Source of the DNA: Candidatus Dormiibacterota bacterium
GTDB lineage: Archaea > Thermoproteota > Bathyarchaeia > 40CM-2-53-6
Length of the DNA: 64,000 nt
NCBI GenBank assembly: GCA_035637535.1
Contig: DASPWZ010000009.1
Coordinates: forward strand, 1,082-65,081
Direction: 5' to 3'
In this document: positions 1 to 9,582 of the stretch, one piece after another
Position numbering within the stretch: position 1 is the stretch's first letter
Layout of the letters: each line of letters starts with the position of its first letter
Notes under the pieces: model-generated
Databases searched by the model: none
What the model was told of the DNA's origin: nothing
What the model saw: only the letters and a program-made list of their open reading frames with translations
Translations under genes and position numbers: made by a program

Positions 1-158
1 GGGAATTGTCCCAGAACTTCAAGCAGATCTTCCTCATCAGCCACGTCGGGGACCTAGAGGTTGAGGCGGACACGGTTATCGAGATGGAGAATGGAGCTGT
101 CCGGGAAGTGGTGACTCGCAAATCCTCATTACCACAGCCAATAGAGATTCCTGCCTGA
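1..158 (+). CDS. 3' end of an SMC/Rad50-like ABC ATPase gene (5' part lies outside the window)
   Basis: Frame +3 is open from the window edge to TGA at 156-158. The peptide ELSQNFKQIFLISHVGDLEVEADTVIEMENGAV has the FLISH H-loop-like ending typical of Rad50/SMC C-termini. It is absent from the ORF track because it has no start in the window. Confidence 0.45.
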   Translation, partial: ELSQNFKQIFLISHVGDLEVEADTVIEMENGAVREVVTRKSSLPQPIEIPA

Positions 159-164
159 CACGTC

Positions 165-914
165 TTGAGCCTCGACTGGCTTTACAGCTTCGACGAGCTA
201 AGCGCGTACAGGCTAGAGACGAAGAAGGGAAAGGAGCGTCTTGACGCTCAGATCAAGAATCTTCCCGGGCTAATGAGTCTTGCCGGAATAGAGCTTCCGA
301 GAAAGCCGAGGATTCTCTGCTTGATGGCTGGGTCTTGCATTGAAGGAATAGCATTCGCGAAAATCTACGATGCCGACGTGACCTGTGTTGACCTGCAAGA
401 ACGACTATTGTCTAAGGGTCTGAGAGAGGCCAAGAGGAGGAGGCTGAAACTTCACGTGATCCGCGGTGACGTCCGAGAGCCATCAAAGCTGGTTAGTGGC
501 AAGTTTGATCTAGTGACGGTCCTGGGACAGCCGCTTCCACACATTGGGATTTTCGACTTCGACCAGACAATAGGCGGAGTAAAGAAACTCCTTCCGAAGA
601 ACGGGACGTTCCTGATTGACCAGTCGGATCTGATCTTTAGAATCCTCCCTCAATACAAGGACGCTATGACGCATAACCTGGAACCGCCAGTGTTCAGCAT
701 TCACCGTAACCTCAACGCTAGACACGGATACTTCGAACGACTCTACTACAGCCGAACAAGACACGACTCCTACAAGACCTACCTATGGGCACCATGGATC
801 ATCGAGTACATGCTCAAGAAAAACGGATTCACCAAGGTTGAAGTCAGACCATACGTAGACCCGTACAACATGGCTCAAACCTACTTGCATACTGCAAGAA
901 GCCCGATTCACTAG
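165..914 (+). CDS. class I SAM-dependent methyltransferase
   Basis: 249-aa ORF with a TTG start. Rossmann methyltransferase-like motifs: ILCLMAGSCIEG, VTCVDL, IRGDV, FDLVTVLG, LLPKNGTFLI. Confidence 0.6.
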   Translation: MSLDWLYSFDELSAYRLETKKGKERLDAQIKNLPGLMSLAGIELPRKPRILCLMAGSCIEGIAFAKIYDADVTCVDLQERLLSKGLREAKRRRLKLHVIRGDVREPSKLVSGKFDLVTVLGQPLPHIGIFDFDQTIGGVKKLLPKNGTFLIDQSDLIFRILPQYKDAMTHNLEPPVFSIHRNLNARHGYFERLYYSRTRHDSYKTYLWAPWIIEYMLKKNGFTKVEVRPYVDPYNMAQTYLHTARSPIH

Positions 915-945
915 ATCTGGTGGGCTTCTTACCGAATCTCGCGAG

Positions 946-1284
946 CTATTTGATCCTGCCAGTAGCTTGGTAGCTCTTCTTCAGGAAAGGCAGAATAGTC
1001 AGCAGGTTGTCTCGCGTCTTCAGTTCCCAGACTGGCTTCCAGATAGTCTTGCCACCCATCTTGAACGATACCTTCTTGCTCAATTTCGATAGATCCGTCT
1101 GGTCTTGTTCAGAGAGCTTCGATATCACAATCCCGTCTGTTACGAGAAACGCGATCATTTTCTTTCCGCGTAGGTAGCAGAAGCATCCCATCATCTCCCT
1201 ACTCGAGACCCCCGGCCACTGCAGAATCTCTTTTTCCAGTTCGTCTCGAATCTGTCCCATCTTCTCTTTATCGAAGTACTTCAT
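946..1284 (-). CDS. small hypothetical protein (TfoX-N/YjbR-like fold suspected)
   Basis: 112-aa ORF with an ATG start. The segment REMMGCFCYLRGKKMIAFLVTDGIVISK resembles TfoX N-terminal domain proteins. The functional call is weak. Confidence 0.45.
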   Translation of the reverse strand: MKYFDKEKMGQIRDELEKEILQWPGVSSREMMGCFCYLRGKKMIAFLVTDGIVISKLSEQDQTDLSKLSKKVSFKMGGKTIWKPVWELKTRDNLLTILPFLKKSYQATGRIK

Positions 1285-1359
1285 GCAAGCAGCTCAATCA
1301 TCAACCCGCCTATGTTAGATTGATCCGAGAGATGATTCCAGAGGTGCTAGCCGGGAAGA

Positions 1360-1566
1360 GCGCAGAATGAACCCTGATCTGGGATCTGGGAGGGGCATTT
1401 CATATGAAGCCCACTTCAAGCATGCATTGATACAGATGGAGACCGGTCGAAAAACGGCTGATTCGCTTGTTCGCGGGACAAACCAATAGTCTCGCCCAGA
1501 AACGTTTCAGACAGCGAATGAACCCTTTCCAGAATTTAGAAAAAAATATTTCCCGCGACACAAAAC
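1360..1566 (-). repeat. A-type unit (A1) of a conserved non-coding repeat / candidate structured RNA family
   Basis: Positions 1363-1440 match the reverse complement of 18937-19014 with only 2 mismatches in 78 nt (manual alignment). The rest aligns with substitutions and a 1-nt indel. It ends in the shared box aaaaaaatatttcccgcgacacaa (1541-1564). The strand given is the orientation shared with loci 2 and 3; the transcribed strand is unknown. Confidence 0.7.
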
Positions 1567-1650
1567 TCGACTCGGAGGGAATTAACAAACGGTAACCTTC
1601 TCTTCAGCTTCCGAGGAGGCAATTCGCAGACTGTACCATTTGAAACGTGA

Positions 1651-1865
1651 CAGGCGCAGAACAAGCCCTAATCAGGAATCAGGGAAGGGTGATTTTGATC
1701 TGCGAGATCTTCACGCTGAATCATGCGGATAACTCCCATGTGGCAGAACTGTTGACTGGCTCATTCTAAACCGTAAATCAGGAGACTCGCCCGGAACAGT
1801 TTCGACTGGGCGAGACCCCTCTGAAAAAAAGGGGGTCAACAATATGATTCTCGAGACGCAAGAGT
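1651..1865 (-). repeat. B-type unit (B1) of the same repeat family
   Basis: Aligns in reverse complement with 18560-18775. Shared blocks include atccgcatgat, the stem-loop GACCCC-N12-GGGGTC (1814-1837) and the motif ccctaatcaggaatcaggg (1666-1684). Its degenerate 5' box region runs into the 3' end of the GNAT ORF. Confidence 0.65.
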
Positions 1866-2396
1866 GTTCTTTGGACAATCTCTTATCTTGGCGGGAAAAC
1901 TATTCCTCAGACATTGTTTAGTCATATCTACCCCTTTTTTCTTGACTTGCAAGTATTCGGCTATGTCGAGTTCGAGGAAGACTTCTCCAATGTCTCCCAT
2001 AGTCTGCTTGAAATGATGCCTTTCGTACAACTGCTTTGCGCGCACATGTATCGTTGAGGTCTCCACACCAACTGCGCTCCTCGCGAGCGAGTCACTAATC
2101 GCCTTCTCAAGTAGAAGTGTTCCTATTCCTTTTCCTCTCTCTGCTTCCGAGACGTAGAAAGCGGATATGAACGCGTTCGGGCCTCCGTCGATGATATCTT
2201 CATGCAGGACGTAATGGATGAAACCGACGACTCTAGAGCTGGCTTTTGCAACAAGTAGCTCCTTTTTTCTGACTGCTCTTTGGACCGAGTTTAGCCGTCC
2301 TGAGATAGGTTTCCAGTCAAACCACTCAGATAGAAGATTGTCCACACCGGGGGCATCTGTCATCAACGCTCTCCTTACAACGAGGGTTCTGGACAA
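1836..2396 (-). CDS. GNAT family N-acetyltransferase
   Basis: 186-aa ORF with the acetyl-CoA binding motif RGKGIGTLLLEKAI and GNAT-like beta strands (VVGFIHYV, FISAFYV). The last ~20 codons overlap repeat unit B1. Confidence 0.75.
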   Translation of the reverse strand: MSRTLVVRRALMTDAPGVDNLLSEWFDWKPISGRLNSVQRAVRKKELLVAKASSRVVGFIHYVLHEDIIDGGPNAFISAFYVSEAERGKGIGTLLLEKAISDSLARSAVGVETSTIHVRAKQLYERHHFKQTMGDIGEVFLELDIAEYLQVKKKGVDMTKQCLRNSFPAKIRDCPKNTLASRESYC

Positions 2397-2475
2397 GTCT
2401 CATTGTGGCCCCTCCGGCAGAGAAGAGGATGGTCTTCGCCAGACGGATAAAGCCTCCGACTAGGTGGTCTGATTC

Positions 2476-2853
2476 CTAGCCGATGTAGCTTGGGACAGTT
2501 GAAGCTTGGAAGGATTTGAGAACTCTCAGCAAGGTCTCCTCAGCCTTGCTCCGATCGGAGTAGTGTTCCTTTAGAGCTGAGGTCCATAGATGGTAGACCA
2601 TTCCTCCCTGCTCTGCAGCCTGGAAGAAACCCAGCTCCTCGAGAGACCTTGTCAATGATAGGAGCCGATCAGAGAGGACTGAAAGACCCGCAGTTATCGT
2701 CCAGTCACCTGTCTGGTCAAGCATGACATGTACGATTCCATCGGAGAAAGTCAGCGATATGCTTCCCCCCGGCCTGAGTGAGGAGTCTAGGAGGCCTGCC
2801 ATTGACATCGGATCGTAGGTCTCCTGGCGCTGGACGGGCGCGTTCGCTGTCAT
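2476..2853 (-). CDS. hypothetical protein
   Basis: 125-aa ORF filling the gap between neighbouring genes. No recognisable motif. Confidence 0.45.
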   Translation of the reverse strand: MTANAPVQRQETYDPMSMAGLLDSSLRPGGSISLTFSDGIVHVMLDQTGDWTITAGLSVLSDRLLSLTRSLEELGFFQAAEQGGMVYHLWTSALKEHYSDRSKAEETLLRVLKSFQASTVPSYIG

Positions 2854-2985
2854 GATAACCGCCCACCGGTGAGAACAGGCTTAACACTCGTGTAACCTAA
2901 TCCCGCGAAGGCGCGGAACTTGTGAGCGAATTCTGGACGTTTATATCGAACAGAAGCCTCTCCAAAGCCTCCCTCAGGCTTAACC

Positions 2986-3993
2986 ATGTCCATTTATGAT
3001 CTGGAGGAGGATAGGCTCGTAGCGGAGATAACGGGTAGAGGTGCCCGAAGGTTACTCATTCAACTGCCCGACGGACTCAAGAGCGAAGGACCCCGACTCG
3101 CCAGCCTCGTCCGAGAGAAAACTGGTGCGGAGGTGTTTGTTTCAGCGTCCTCCGCTTGGGGCGCTTGCGATCTATCCCTCGACGCGGCCGTGCGTCTGAA
3201 AGCTGACCTTCTGGTTCATTACGGTCATAACGAATTTCTGCGCGACGGGTCCAACGGCATACCTGTCGTCTATATTCCCGCCAAGAGCAGACACGAAATA
3301 ATCCCAGTCGTGGATAAGGCGCTACCGCTCCTACAGGGACCACGCATAGGATTGGCCACGGTCGTCCAACACCTTCACAATCTTCCAGACACTGTCAAGT
3401 TCCTAGAAGAGAAAGGGTTCAAGGTCCAGCTTCCTGGACGCGGACCCTGGTCGCACGAAACGGGCCAGGTTCTAGGCTGCGACTATTTCGGACTCAAACG
3501 GATCGAGCCTGAAGTAGACTCGTTCCTGATAGTAGGAAGCTACTTCCATGGCCTAGGCGCAGCACTATCACTAGAAAAGCCGACAATCCTCGCGGACCCC
3601 TACGATAAGACTGTTCAATCGCTCGACCAGGATCGGGCAAGAATCATACGCCAACGATACGCAATGGTCGAGAAAGCTCGACAAGCCAACAATTTCGGAA
3701 TAATAATCTCCACCAAACCCGGCCAGTCCAACCCAACGATAGCACTAAGCATCCAACGACAACTTGAGGAGAACGGCAAGAAAGCAGTCCTCCTCTACGC
3801 CGACGAAATAAGACCCGAAAAACTGTTAGACTTCACAGATGTCGACGCTTTTGTCGACACCGCATGTCCAAGACTCGCTCTAGATGATCCCGAGAGATTT
3901 CCGAAACCCATCGTGACGCGGGACGAGATCATGGTCGTAATGGGCGCGTGGACCTGGGAACAGCTTCTGGAGCGCGGCCTGGTCCGCCTCTAA
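2986..3993 (+). CDS. dph2: 2-(3-amino-3-carboxypropyl)histidine synthase (diphthamide biosynthesis, Dph2)
   Basis: 335-aa ORF. The N-terminus YDLEEDRLVAEI...RLLIQLPDGLK and the conserved cysteine-containing blocks (WGACD, VLGCD, DTACPR) are typical of archaeal Dph2. Confidence 0.85.
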   Translation: MSIYDLEEDRLVAEITGRGARRLLIQLPDGLKSEGPRLASLVREKTGAEVFVSASSAWGACDLSLDAAVRLKADLLVHYGHNEFLRDGSNGIPVVYIPAKSRHEIIPVVDKALPLLQGPRIGLATVVQHLHNLPDTVKFLEEKGFKVQLPGRGPWSHETGQVLGCDYFGLKRIEPEVDSFLIVGSYFHGLGAALSLEKPTILADPYDKTVQSLDQDRARIIRQRYAMVEKARQANNFGIIISTKPGQSNPTIALSIQRQLEENGKKAVLLYADEIRPEKLLDFTDVDAFVDTACPRLALDDPERFPKPIVTRDEIMVVMGAWTWEQLLERGLVRL

Positions 3994-3994
3994 A

Positions 3995-4615
3995 ATGGCC
4001 GACAAAAAGCATCTCTCAAAACGCCAGCTAGAAATCTTGCTCGGCAAACTGAAAATTCTCGATAAACCCAATCTAGAGCTCGAACAGTATCCTGTCTCCG
4101 CTGAGGCTGCAAGCGAACTCCTCTACATGGCAGGATTCGAACACGACGACCTAGGCGGTCGAATCATCGACCTCGGCACTGGGACAGGACGCCTCGCGAT
4201 TGGCGCCGCGCTTATGGGTGCGCGAGAAACTGTCGGAGTAGACATGGATGAGAGAGCGCTGGCACTAGCCAAAGAAAACGTCGAGACGGCAGGAGTGATT
4301 GTAGAATGGGTCCATTCTGATATAGAAAAGTTCAACGGGAGATTCGACACGGTGATAATGAATCCTCCTTATGGGACCCGGACTTCTCACGCAGACACAA
4401 GATTTCTGGAGAAAGCCTTCCTATTAGCCCCCGTCGCCTATTCCATCCATAAATCAGCAACTAGAGATTTCCTGCTCCAGTTTGTGAAAAGGTCGGATTG
4501 GCAGGTTGACCAGGTGCGATCCATGAGGATGGAGATTCCCCATCTCTTCGAATTCCACCAGAAAAAGCGGAAGAGAGTTGAGGTTGACCTCTACAGGATT
4601 ATCCGAACACCTTGA
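3995..4615 (+). CDS. SAM-dependent methyltransferase, archaeal METTL5/COG2263-like (NPPY motif)
   Basis: 206-aa ORF starting 2 nt after the dph2 stop. Motif I is IIDLGTGTGRL and the amino-methyltransferase motif IV is MNPPYG. Confidence 0.75.
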   Translation: MADKKHLSKRQLEILLGKLKILDKPNLELEQYPVSAEAASELLYMAGFEHDDLGGRIIDLGTGTGRLAIGAALMGARETVGVDMDERALALAKENVETAGVIVEWVHSDIEKFNGRFDTVIMNPPYGTRTSHADTRFLEKAFLLAPVAYSIHKSATRDFLLQFVKRSDWQVDQVRSMRMEIPHLFEFHQKKRKRVEVDLYRIIRTP

Positions 4616-4641
4616 ACGGGTGTTTGAAGTGGGGGTTTTTG

Positions 4642-5049
4642 TTACATCGTTCCTTGGAAGACGGCGAATGTGTTGCCGTTGGGGTCTGTGAGTATTGCGA
4701 AGTGTCCTTTTCCCGTTTCCTGTTTTGGAGTGACGACTGTGGCGCCCAGGCTTGATGCTTGTTTCAGGGATTCGTCTATGGATTTGACGCTGAAGTAGTT
4801 GAGGATTCCTTGCTGGGACATTCCTTGCTCAGCCTTGTAGAGTCCCCCTAGTGTCTCGTAGGGTGACTTGGCATCTTTGTGGCTGATGAGCCAGTAGTCC
4901 ATGTTTCCGCCTTCTATCTTGGTGAATTTCCAGCCGAAGAGTTGTTCGTAGAACCGGGCTATTTTTGATGGTTCCTTGGCGGGGATTTCGAAGTGGACGA
5001 GGGTGTTGTACCTGGGAGGGGCTTTGGTAACGTTTTTGGTGGAGTCCAT
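4642..5049 (-). CDS. VOC (glyoxalase/bleomycin-resistance) family protein
   Basis: 135-aa ORF. HFEIPAKEPSKIARFYEQLFGWKF and GHFAILTDPNGNTFAVF match the paired beta-alpha-beta-beta-beta VOC pattern. Confidence 0.7.
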   Translation of the reverse strand: MDSTKNVTKAPPRYNTLVHFEIPAKEPSKIARFYEQLFGWKFTKIEGGNMDYWLISHKDAKSPYETLGGLYKAEQGMSQQGILNYFSVKSIDESLKQASSLGATVVTPKQETGKGHFAILTDPNGNTFAVFQGTM

Positions 5050-5158
5050 CTTTGTATCAGCGTTTCTTATCGCTTAGCAAGTATCTCTTAAACATCCTCC
5101 AAGCCCGCAAACGCGAGACAGAGCTACGGCTCATTCTCGTGCGACAGAACTGGCGTTC

Positions 5159-8100
5159 CTATTCCTTCTTAGGAGGAACCAGTGTGGCTGTCTCTTCGAC
5201 TATGGTCCCCGGCGTTCCCTGGGCCGGAGTGGCCGGTATTGGCTCCATAGATGGCAATCCAGGAATTATTCCAGATACAGTAGGAACTATCTTGCTGATT
5301 TTTCGTGGCCGAATACGCATCTTTCCAGCCCACTGGCGGAGCCGATTCGCTGCGCCTCCTGCACTCTTTGGCTTTGATCTGTCTTGCAACAGGAAGTAGG
5401 TAGCGAGAAATGATGTAACCCCCAGGATGACGCCTGTCCAGACATTGATACCTGAAAGTATGGCCGTGGCAGTTCTGCCAACATAGTTCTGCAGATACGC
5501 ATTGTTGGAATAATCGAGGTACAGCGCTGACAAGAGTCCAATGATTGCACTAGTTTCCACTATCACTCCAAACTTCGTCTTCAACGGAATCGGTGGGATC
5601 AGCTTCTCTTCCGGCCGAACCGGGACCCTGCGTAGCCGACCCGGCGCCCACCAGTTCAGCCGCTTCATCATCATCATGATCGAGGGCACAAGATAGATCC
5701 GAGTAAGAGTCGCATCCAGCAAAACCACAATGAAGATCGCCAATCCCAGCTGCTGAAGCATCGGAATCTGGGACAGCATCATCGTTCCATACGCGCCGGC
5801 GGTGACGAGACCTGTCACAGTGATGATCCCACCCGTACGTTCAACCGCTGTCTCAATCGCCTCCTCGTCCTTCGCACCCCCCGCAACATACTCGCGGATC
5901 CTAGTCACCAGGAAAATATCATAGTCGAGTCCAAGCCCAACCATAATCACCAACAGCATGATAGGCAGTATCCAGATCAGTTCAGTGGAGAAGTATGTCT
6001 TGAAGAAATAGACTGTTGCGGCCATTGCCCACGATATGCTGAGGAGGATTGTGAAGATCAACCGTAGAGGGGTAAAGACAGAGCCCAAAGCGACTAGTAG
6101 AACGATGAAGACTCCTACGAGCACTAATGCTGTGAGGTTGAAGTAATCAGAACCGCTCGAAGTGGCTAGATCACTGACCGACGCAGTCGCTCCACCTACA
6201 AACATAGTGGATGAAGCCAACAGCGGGTCCTGGCTCTTCAGGACATTCACATTAGCACGAATCTGAGCAACTGTTGCGATGGCTTGATCAGAGTAGGGCT
6301 CACTATCGAATGCAGCCCAGACCATAGCTGACTTCCCGTCGCTACCTAGGAACGGCTTCATGCTTCGGAGCACCGCCTGTTGCTCGGCTGAGTTCAGCTG
6401 GTTGAAACTCGTGAAGGGAATAGGATTCCCCGAAGGATGAGTCAGTCCATACACCTTGGAGACTCCTGGAATCATGGACGTCGAGTTTTCTGCTAGGGAT
6501 ATTGCTTTCAATGCCGTGATGTTGATCCAACCGCCGGAGACTAGCATGACCGGCGTCTGGACGATCGTGTAGGTTGGCGTGACTGTTCCAGCACCAAAGC
6601 CTTGGCTCATGATATTGTATCCGTTCTTGCTCTCTAGGGAAGATGGAATCTGTCCAATCAGGTCATGACTTGTCTGGGACGACAGAACAGTGCTAGCTGC
6701 GGGGAGTGAGATGACTAACGCTAGCAGAAGAACGAATTTCGAATGTTTCGCAGTGAACTGTGCCGCTCGAGCATAGTAGCTCGCGCCGACAAGCTTCTTC
6801 TTCCTCCACAAACCCAAGCCACGAGGCCAGAAGATCCGATCGCCGAAGAGCGAGAGAGCAGCGGGGACCAGTGTTAGAGCAACAAGCAAGGCAATCGAGA
6901 TTCCCAACATGACCGCAATACCCACAGAACGCAGAAGACCAAAACTGGCGAAAGCTAAAGTGCCGAATGCGATGACTACAGTTGCACCGCTGGTTGCTAT
7001 GCTCTCGCCAGCCCAGGTTACAGATCTCTCAACTGCGTCCTTCTTTCCCCTACCTAGCCTACGTTCTTCCGCGTAGCGGCTGACGAGGAAGATGCAGTAG
7101 TCGGATCCCGCGCCGAGCATTGAGACCGGAAGTAGAGTCAGAACGAGATAGTGGACGTTAGTAACGTAAGAGCCAACAAGGTAGACGAGGCCGAAGGCTA
7201 TTCCTATCGATAGACCGATAGCGGCGATCGGAATCAGGGGCGCGACGAGAGAAGCAAAGAATACTCCAACAATCACAAGGATCAACGTGATCGTTATCGG
7301 GTCAATACGTTCGATGTCGGTTACAGTCTGTGTCTGAATGTCGTAGTTGAAGGCCGGAGCTCCAGTGACATAAACCACCAAACTCTCGTTGCTGATGATG
7401 TTGGCAATCCCTACATCATGCCTGATCTCTGGCACACTATTCATCGGGTCAGGACCGATCGTCCTGAAATCGAGAATCACCAGCATAGTATCGTTCTTGG
7501 CCGAAGCAAACTGGGAATACACATCCCTGCTCGGCTGCACAGGATATGTCAGCATGTTGTAGTTACGGAGGATCTGCAGCCCTAGATTAGATAGGTCAGA
7601 ACTGGTGGCTGAGTCGCCGAGGTCATAGATCTCGCCCATTATCGTAAGCTGGACCGAGTTGGCCATTGCGCCTTGGGCAACAGTGTTTATGGTGAACGAT
7701 CTTATTGCGTTCTGATCATTCCAACAATTGTTATTGGAACATCCAATTCCCGAGCCGGCGCCGTAAATATTGAAGAATCTGGCCGCGGAGACGAAGAGGC
7801 TCAGAGTCTCAGCGTCAAAAGGAAGAGATTCAACGAACGGCAGGGTGATGTTGTAGTAGGAAGGCTGCGTAGCCAAAAGGGGGCTACCCTTTGTGACGTT
7901 CTGTGCGCGGGCGAACGCTCCCACGAATAGCTGTAGCGGTGTGTAGGTTGTGTTTGTGAATGTCTGGTTCCAAGACTTATAGAAGAGTGTCAGATAGTTG
8001 AAGGCGATCGTCTGATAAGCTGCGGGGGTCTGAGACGAGACGATAGGCCAACTAGAGTTGTACGCTTGGTTGTTGTATGCCCCAAGCTGAGCCTGGTTGA

Positions 8101-8599
8101 CGGTTCCCGATCCCGAATTCACCAGCGATATCCACTGGCTCACGAAAGTGCTCGGAATACCGAACTCGATATTTGAGGCGAGGGTTGTCGCGTTTTTTGT
8201 CTGGTATAGTTCTAGGTGCACTACGCTGGTGTAGCCCAGAAGTAGTTGGCCGTAGATGTCGTAGATGCTTGTGATGTTGTTGATGTTCGAGAGCTTTCCA
8301 TCATTATGCAGGGTTCTGTTTAGGGCGAGTGTGAAATCCCGAACATCGTTGCCCCTGATATCGCTAGCCGTGATGACGACGATGACGCTGCTGCCTTGAT
8401 CGATGCTGAACTCTCTGCTCACAATGTCCTGAGCTTTGCTCGACTCGGAGTTTTTCGGATTGAAAGCAGTCTCATTATAGACAATGACGCTCTGAACTTG
8501 CAGAATCGCTGGAATACTGAGGACTAGAGCTACTAGCCAGATCACGAAAACGGCCCTGTTATGCCGGATTATGAGGCGAGCTAGTTTCGTGAATAGCAC
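5159..8599 (-). CDS. MMPL/RND-superfamily membrane transporter
   Basis: 1146-aa ORF with two blocks of TM helices, each preceded by a large extracytoplasmic domain. GSDYCIFLVSRYAEE and GLDYDIFLVTRIREY are the duplicated MMPL signature. Confidence 0.85.
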   Translation of the reverse strand: MLFTKLARLIIRHNRAVFVIWLVALVLSIPAILQVQSVIVYNETAFNPKNSESSKAQDIVSREFSIDQGSSVIVVITASDIRGNDVRDFTLALNRTLHNDGKLSNINNITSIYDIYGQLLLGYTSVVHLELYQTKNATTLASNIEFGIPSTFVSQWISLVNSGSGTVNQAQLGAYNNQAYNSSWPIVSSQTPAAYQTIAFNYLTLFYKSWNQTFTNTTYTPLQLFVGAFARAQNVTKGSPLLATQPSYYNITLPFVESLPFDAETLSLFVSAARFFNIYGAGSGIGCSNNNCWNDQNAIRSFTINTVAQGAMANSVQLTIMGEIYDLGDSATSSDLSNLGLQILRNYNMLTYPVQPSRDVYSQFASAKNDTMLVILDFRTIGPDPMNSVPEIRHDVGIANIISNESLVVYVTGAPAFNYDIQTQTVTDIERIDPITITLILVIVGVFFASLVAPLIPIAAIGLSIGIAFGLVYLVGSYVTNVHYLVLTLLPVSMLGAGSDYCIFLVSRYAEERRLGRGKKDAVERSVTWAGESIATSGATVVIAFGTLAFASFGLLRSVGIAVMLGISIALLVALTLVPAALSLFGDRIFWPRGLGLWRKKKLVGASYYARAAQFTAKHSKFVLLLALVISLPAASTVLSSQTSHDLIGQIPSSLESKNGYNIMSQGFGAGTVTPTYTIVQTPVMLVSGGWINITALKAISLAENSTSMIPGVSKVYGLTHPSGNPIPFTSFNQLNSAEQQAVLRSMKPFLGSDGKSAMVWAAFDSEPYSDQAIATVAQIRANVNVLKSQDPLLASSTMFVGGATASVSDLATSSGSDYFNLTALVLVGVFIVLLVALGSVFTPLRLIFTILLSISWAMAATVYFFKTYFSTELIWILPIMLLVIMVGLGLDYDIFLVTRIREYVAGGAKDEEAIETAVERTGGIITVTGLVTAGAYGTMMLSQIPMLQQLGLAIFIVVLLDATLTRIYLVPSIMMMMKRLNWWAPGRLRRVPVRPEEKLIPPIPLKTKFGVIVETSAIIGLLSALYLDYSNNAYLQNYVGRTATAILSGINVWTGVILGVTSFLATYFLLQDRSKPKSAGGAANRLRQWAGKMRIRPRKISKIVPTVSGIIPGLPSMEPIPATPAQGTPGTIVEETATLVPPKKE

Positions 8600-8904
8600 A
8601 GTTGGCCCTCTTTAGGATTGAAACGATTGAAAACCGGGACGGCGGCCATAAAGTCGTGGTGTAACCCGGAAACGTTCGAGAACGGCTAATACCCGACTCT
8701 AGGCACATCTATAAGACGAAAAAGGGACAGTTTCAAACAAGGGACCAAGTCACGAAGCCGATAACTCTCCTTCTAGCCCAAACCAGCCCTAAACTAGCAA
8801 AGAAGGAGGAGAACCTGAAGACAATCGCCACGCAGGCAAATGCGGCGAGGAAGAAAGGCGTCGATCTTCTAGTATTTCCCGAACTACACCTCACCGGCTA
8901 CACG

Positions 8905-9579
8905 ATGCAAGACGAAGTGTACAATCTGGCTGAGCCGATTCCAGGACCCAGCGTCAAGAAGGTCGAGAAGCTTGCTAAGGAACATGGATTACACATTGTG
9001 TTTGGGATGCCTGAAGAGAGCGCTGTCAAGGGGGTGATCCACAACACGGCCGTACTCGTGGGGCCTAGCGGAATCGTCGGTAAATATCGAAAGATCCACC
9101 TTCCGACTCACACGGTCTTTGAAGAAAGGCGCTACTATCGTCCGGGGCAAGAGGCTCCAGTCTTCTCGACTCCTCTCGGAACAATCGGGTTGACTATCTG
9201 TTACGACCTCTACTTTCCCGAACTGACACGGCTCCAAGCACTAGCTGGAGCACAGCTCGTAGTCTGCATCTCAGCCAGCCCAGGTCTGAGACGCCGATTC
9301 TTCGAAGGATTCTGCCTAAGCAGAGCGATGGAAAACGCGATCTATCTCGCCTACGTCAACCGGGTCGGAATTGAGGATGGAAACCAGTTCTGGGGCGGCA
9401 GCAGAGTCGTCGCTCCAAATGGGTCAGTCATAGTCCAGTGCAAGTATGATGTTGAGGATTACCAGCCTTGCAAGGTTGACTTGGACGAGGTCTCGCGGGC
9501 CCGAGCTTTCATACCTACGATAAAGGATCTTGAGCCTCAGCTGTTCGATCAGCTGCGGACTAAGAGCAGAGAAGCCTGA
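8905..9579 (+). CDS. carbon-nitrogen hydrolase (nitrilase superfamily); the true N-terminus probably lies upstream
   Basis: Catalytic Lys (YRKIHLP) and Cys (LTICYDLYFPE) are present. The catalytic Glu block (LLVFPELHLTGY) is in frame at 8860-8895, upstream of the first ATG, with no ATG/GTG/TTG back to the stop at 8662. Confidence 0.8.
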   Translation: MQDEVYNLAEPIPGPSVKKVEKLAKEHGLHIVFGMPEESAVKGVIHNTAVLVGPSGIVGKYRKIHLPTHTVFEERRYYRPGQEAPVFSTPLGTIGLTICYDLYFPELTRLQALAGAQLVVCISASPGLRRRFFEGFCLSRAMENAIYLAYVNRVGIEDGNQFWGGSRVVAPNGSVIVQCKYDVEDYQPCKVDLDEVSRARAFIPTIKDLEPQLFDQLRTKSREA

Positions 9580-9582
9580 AAG

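Noticed and set aside
1400-1588. 62-aa ORF (minus strand) and the plus-strand mini-ORF MNPDLGSGRGISYEAHFKHALIQMETGRK... inside repeat unit A1
   Set aside because: The homologous sequence at locus 2 differs by a frame-shifting 1-nt indel. The plus-strand peptide stops after 40 codons here but runs 70 codons at locus 2. The locus 3 copy has no ATG and has an early stop. Conservation is at the nucleotide and structure level, not the protein level.
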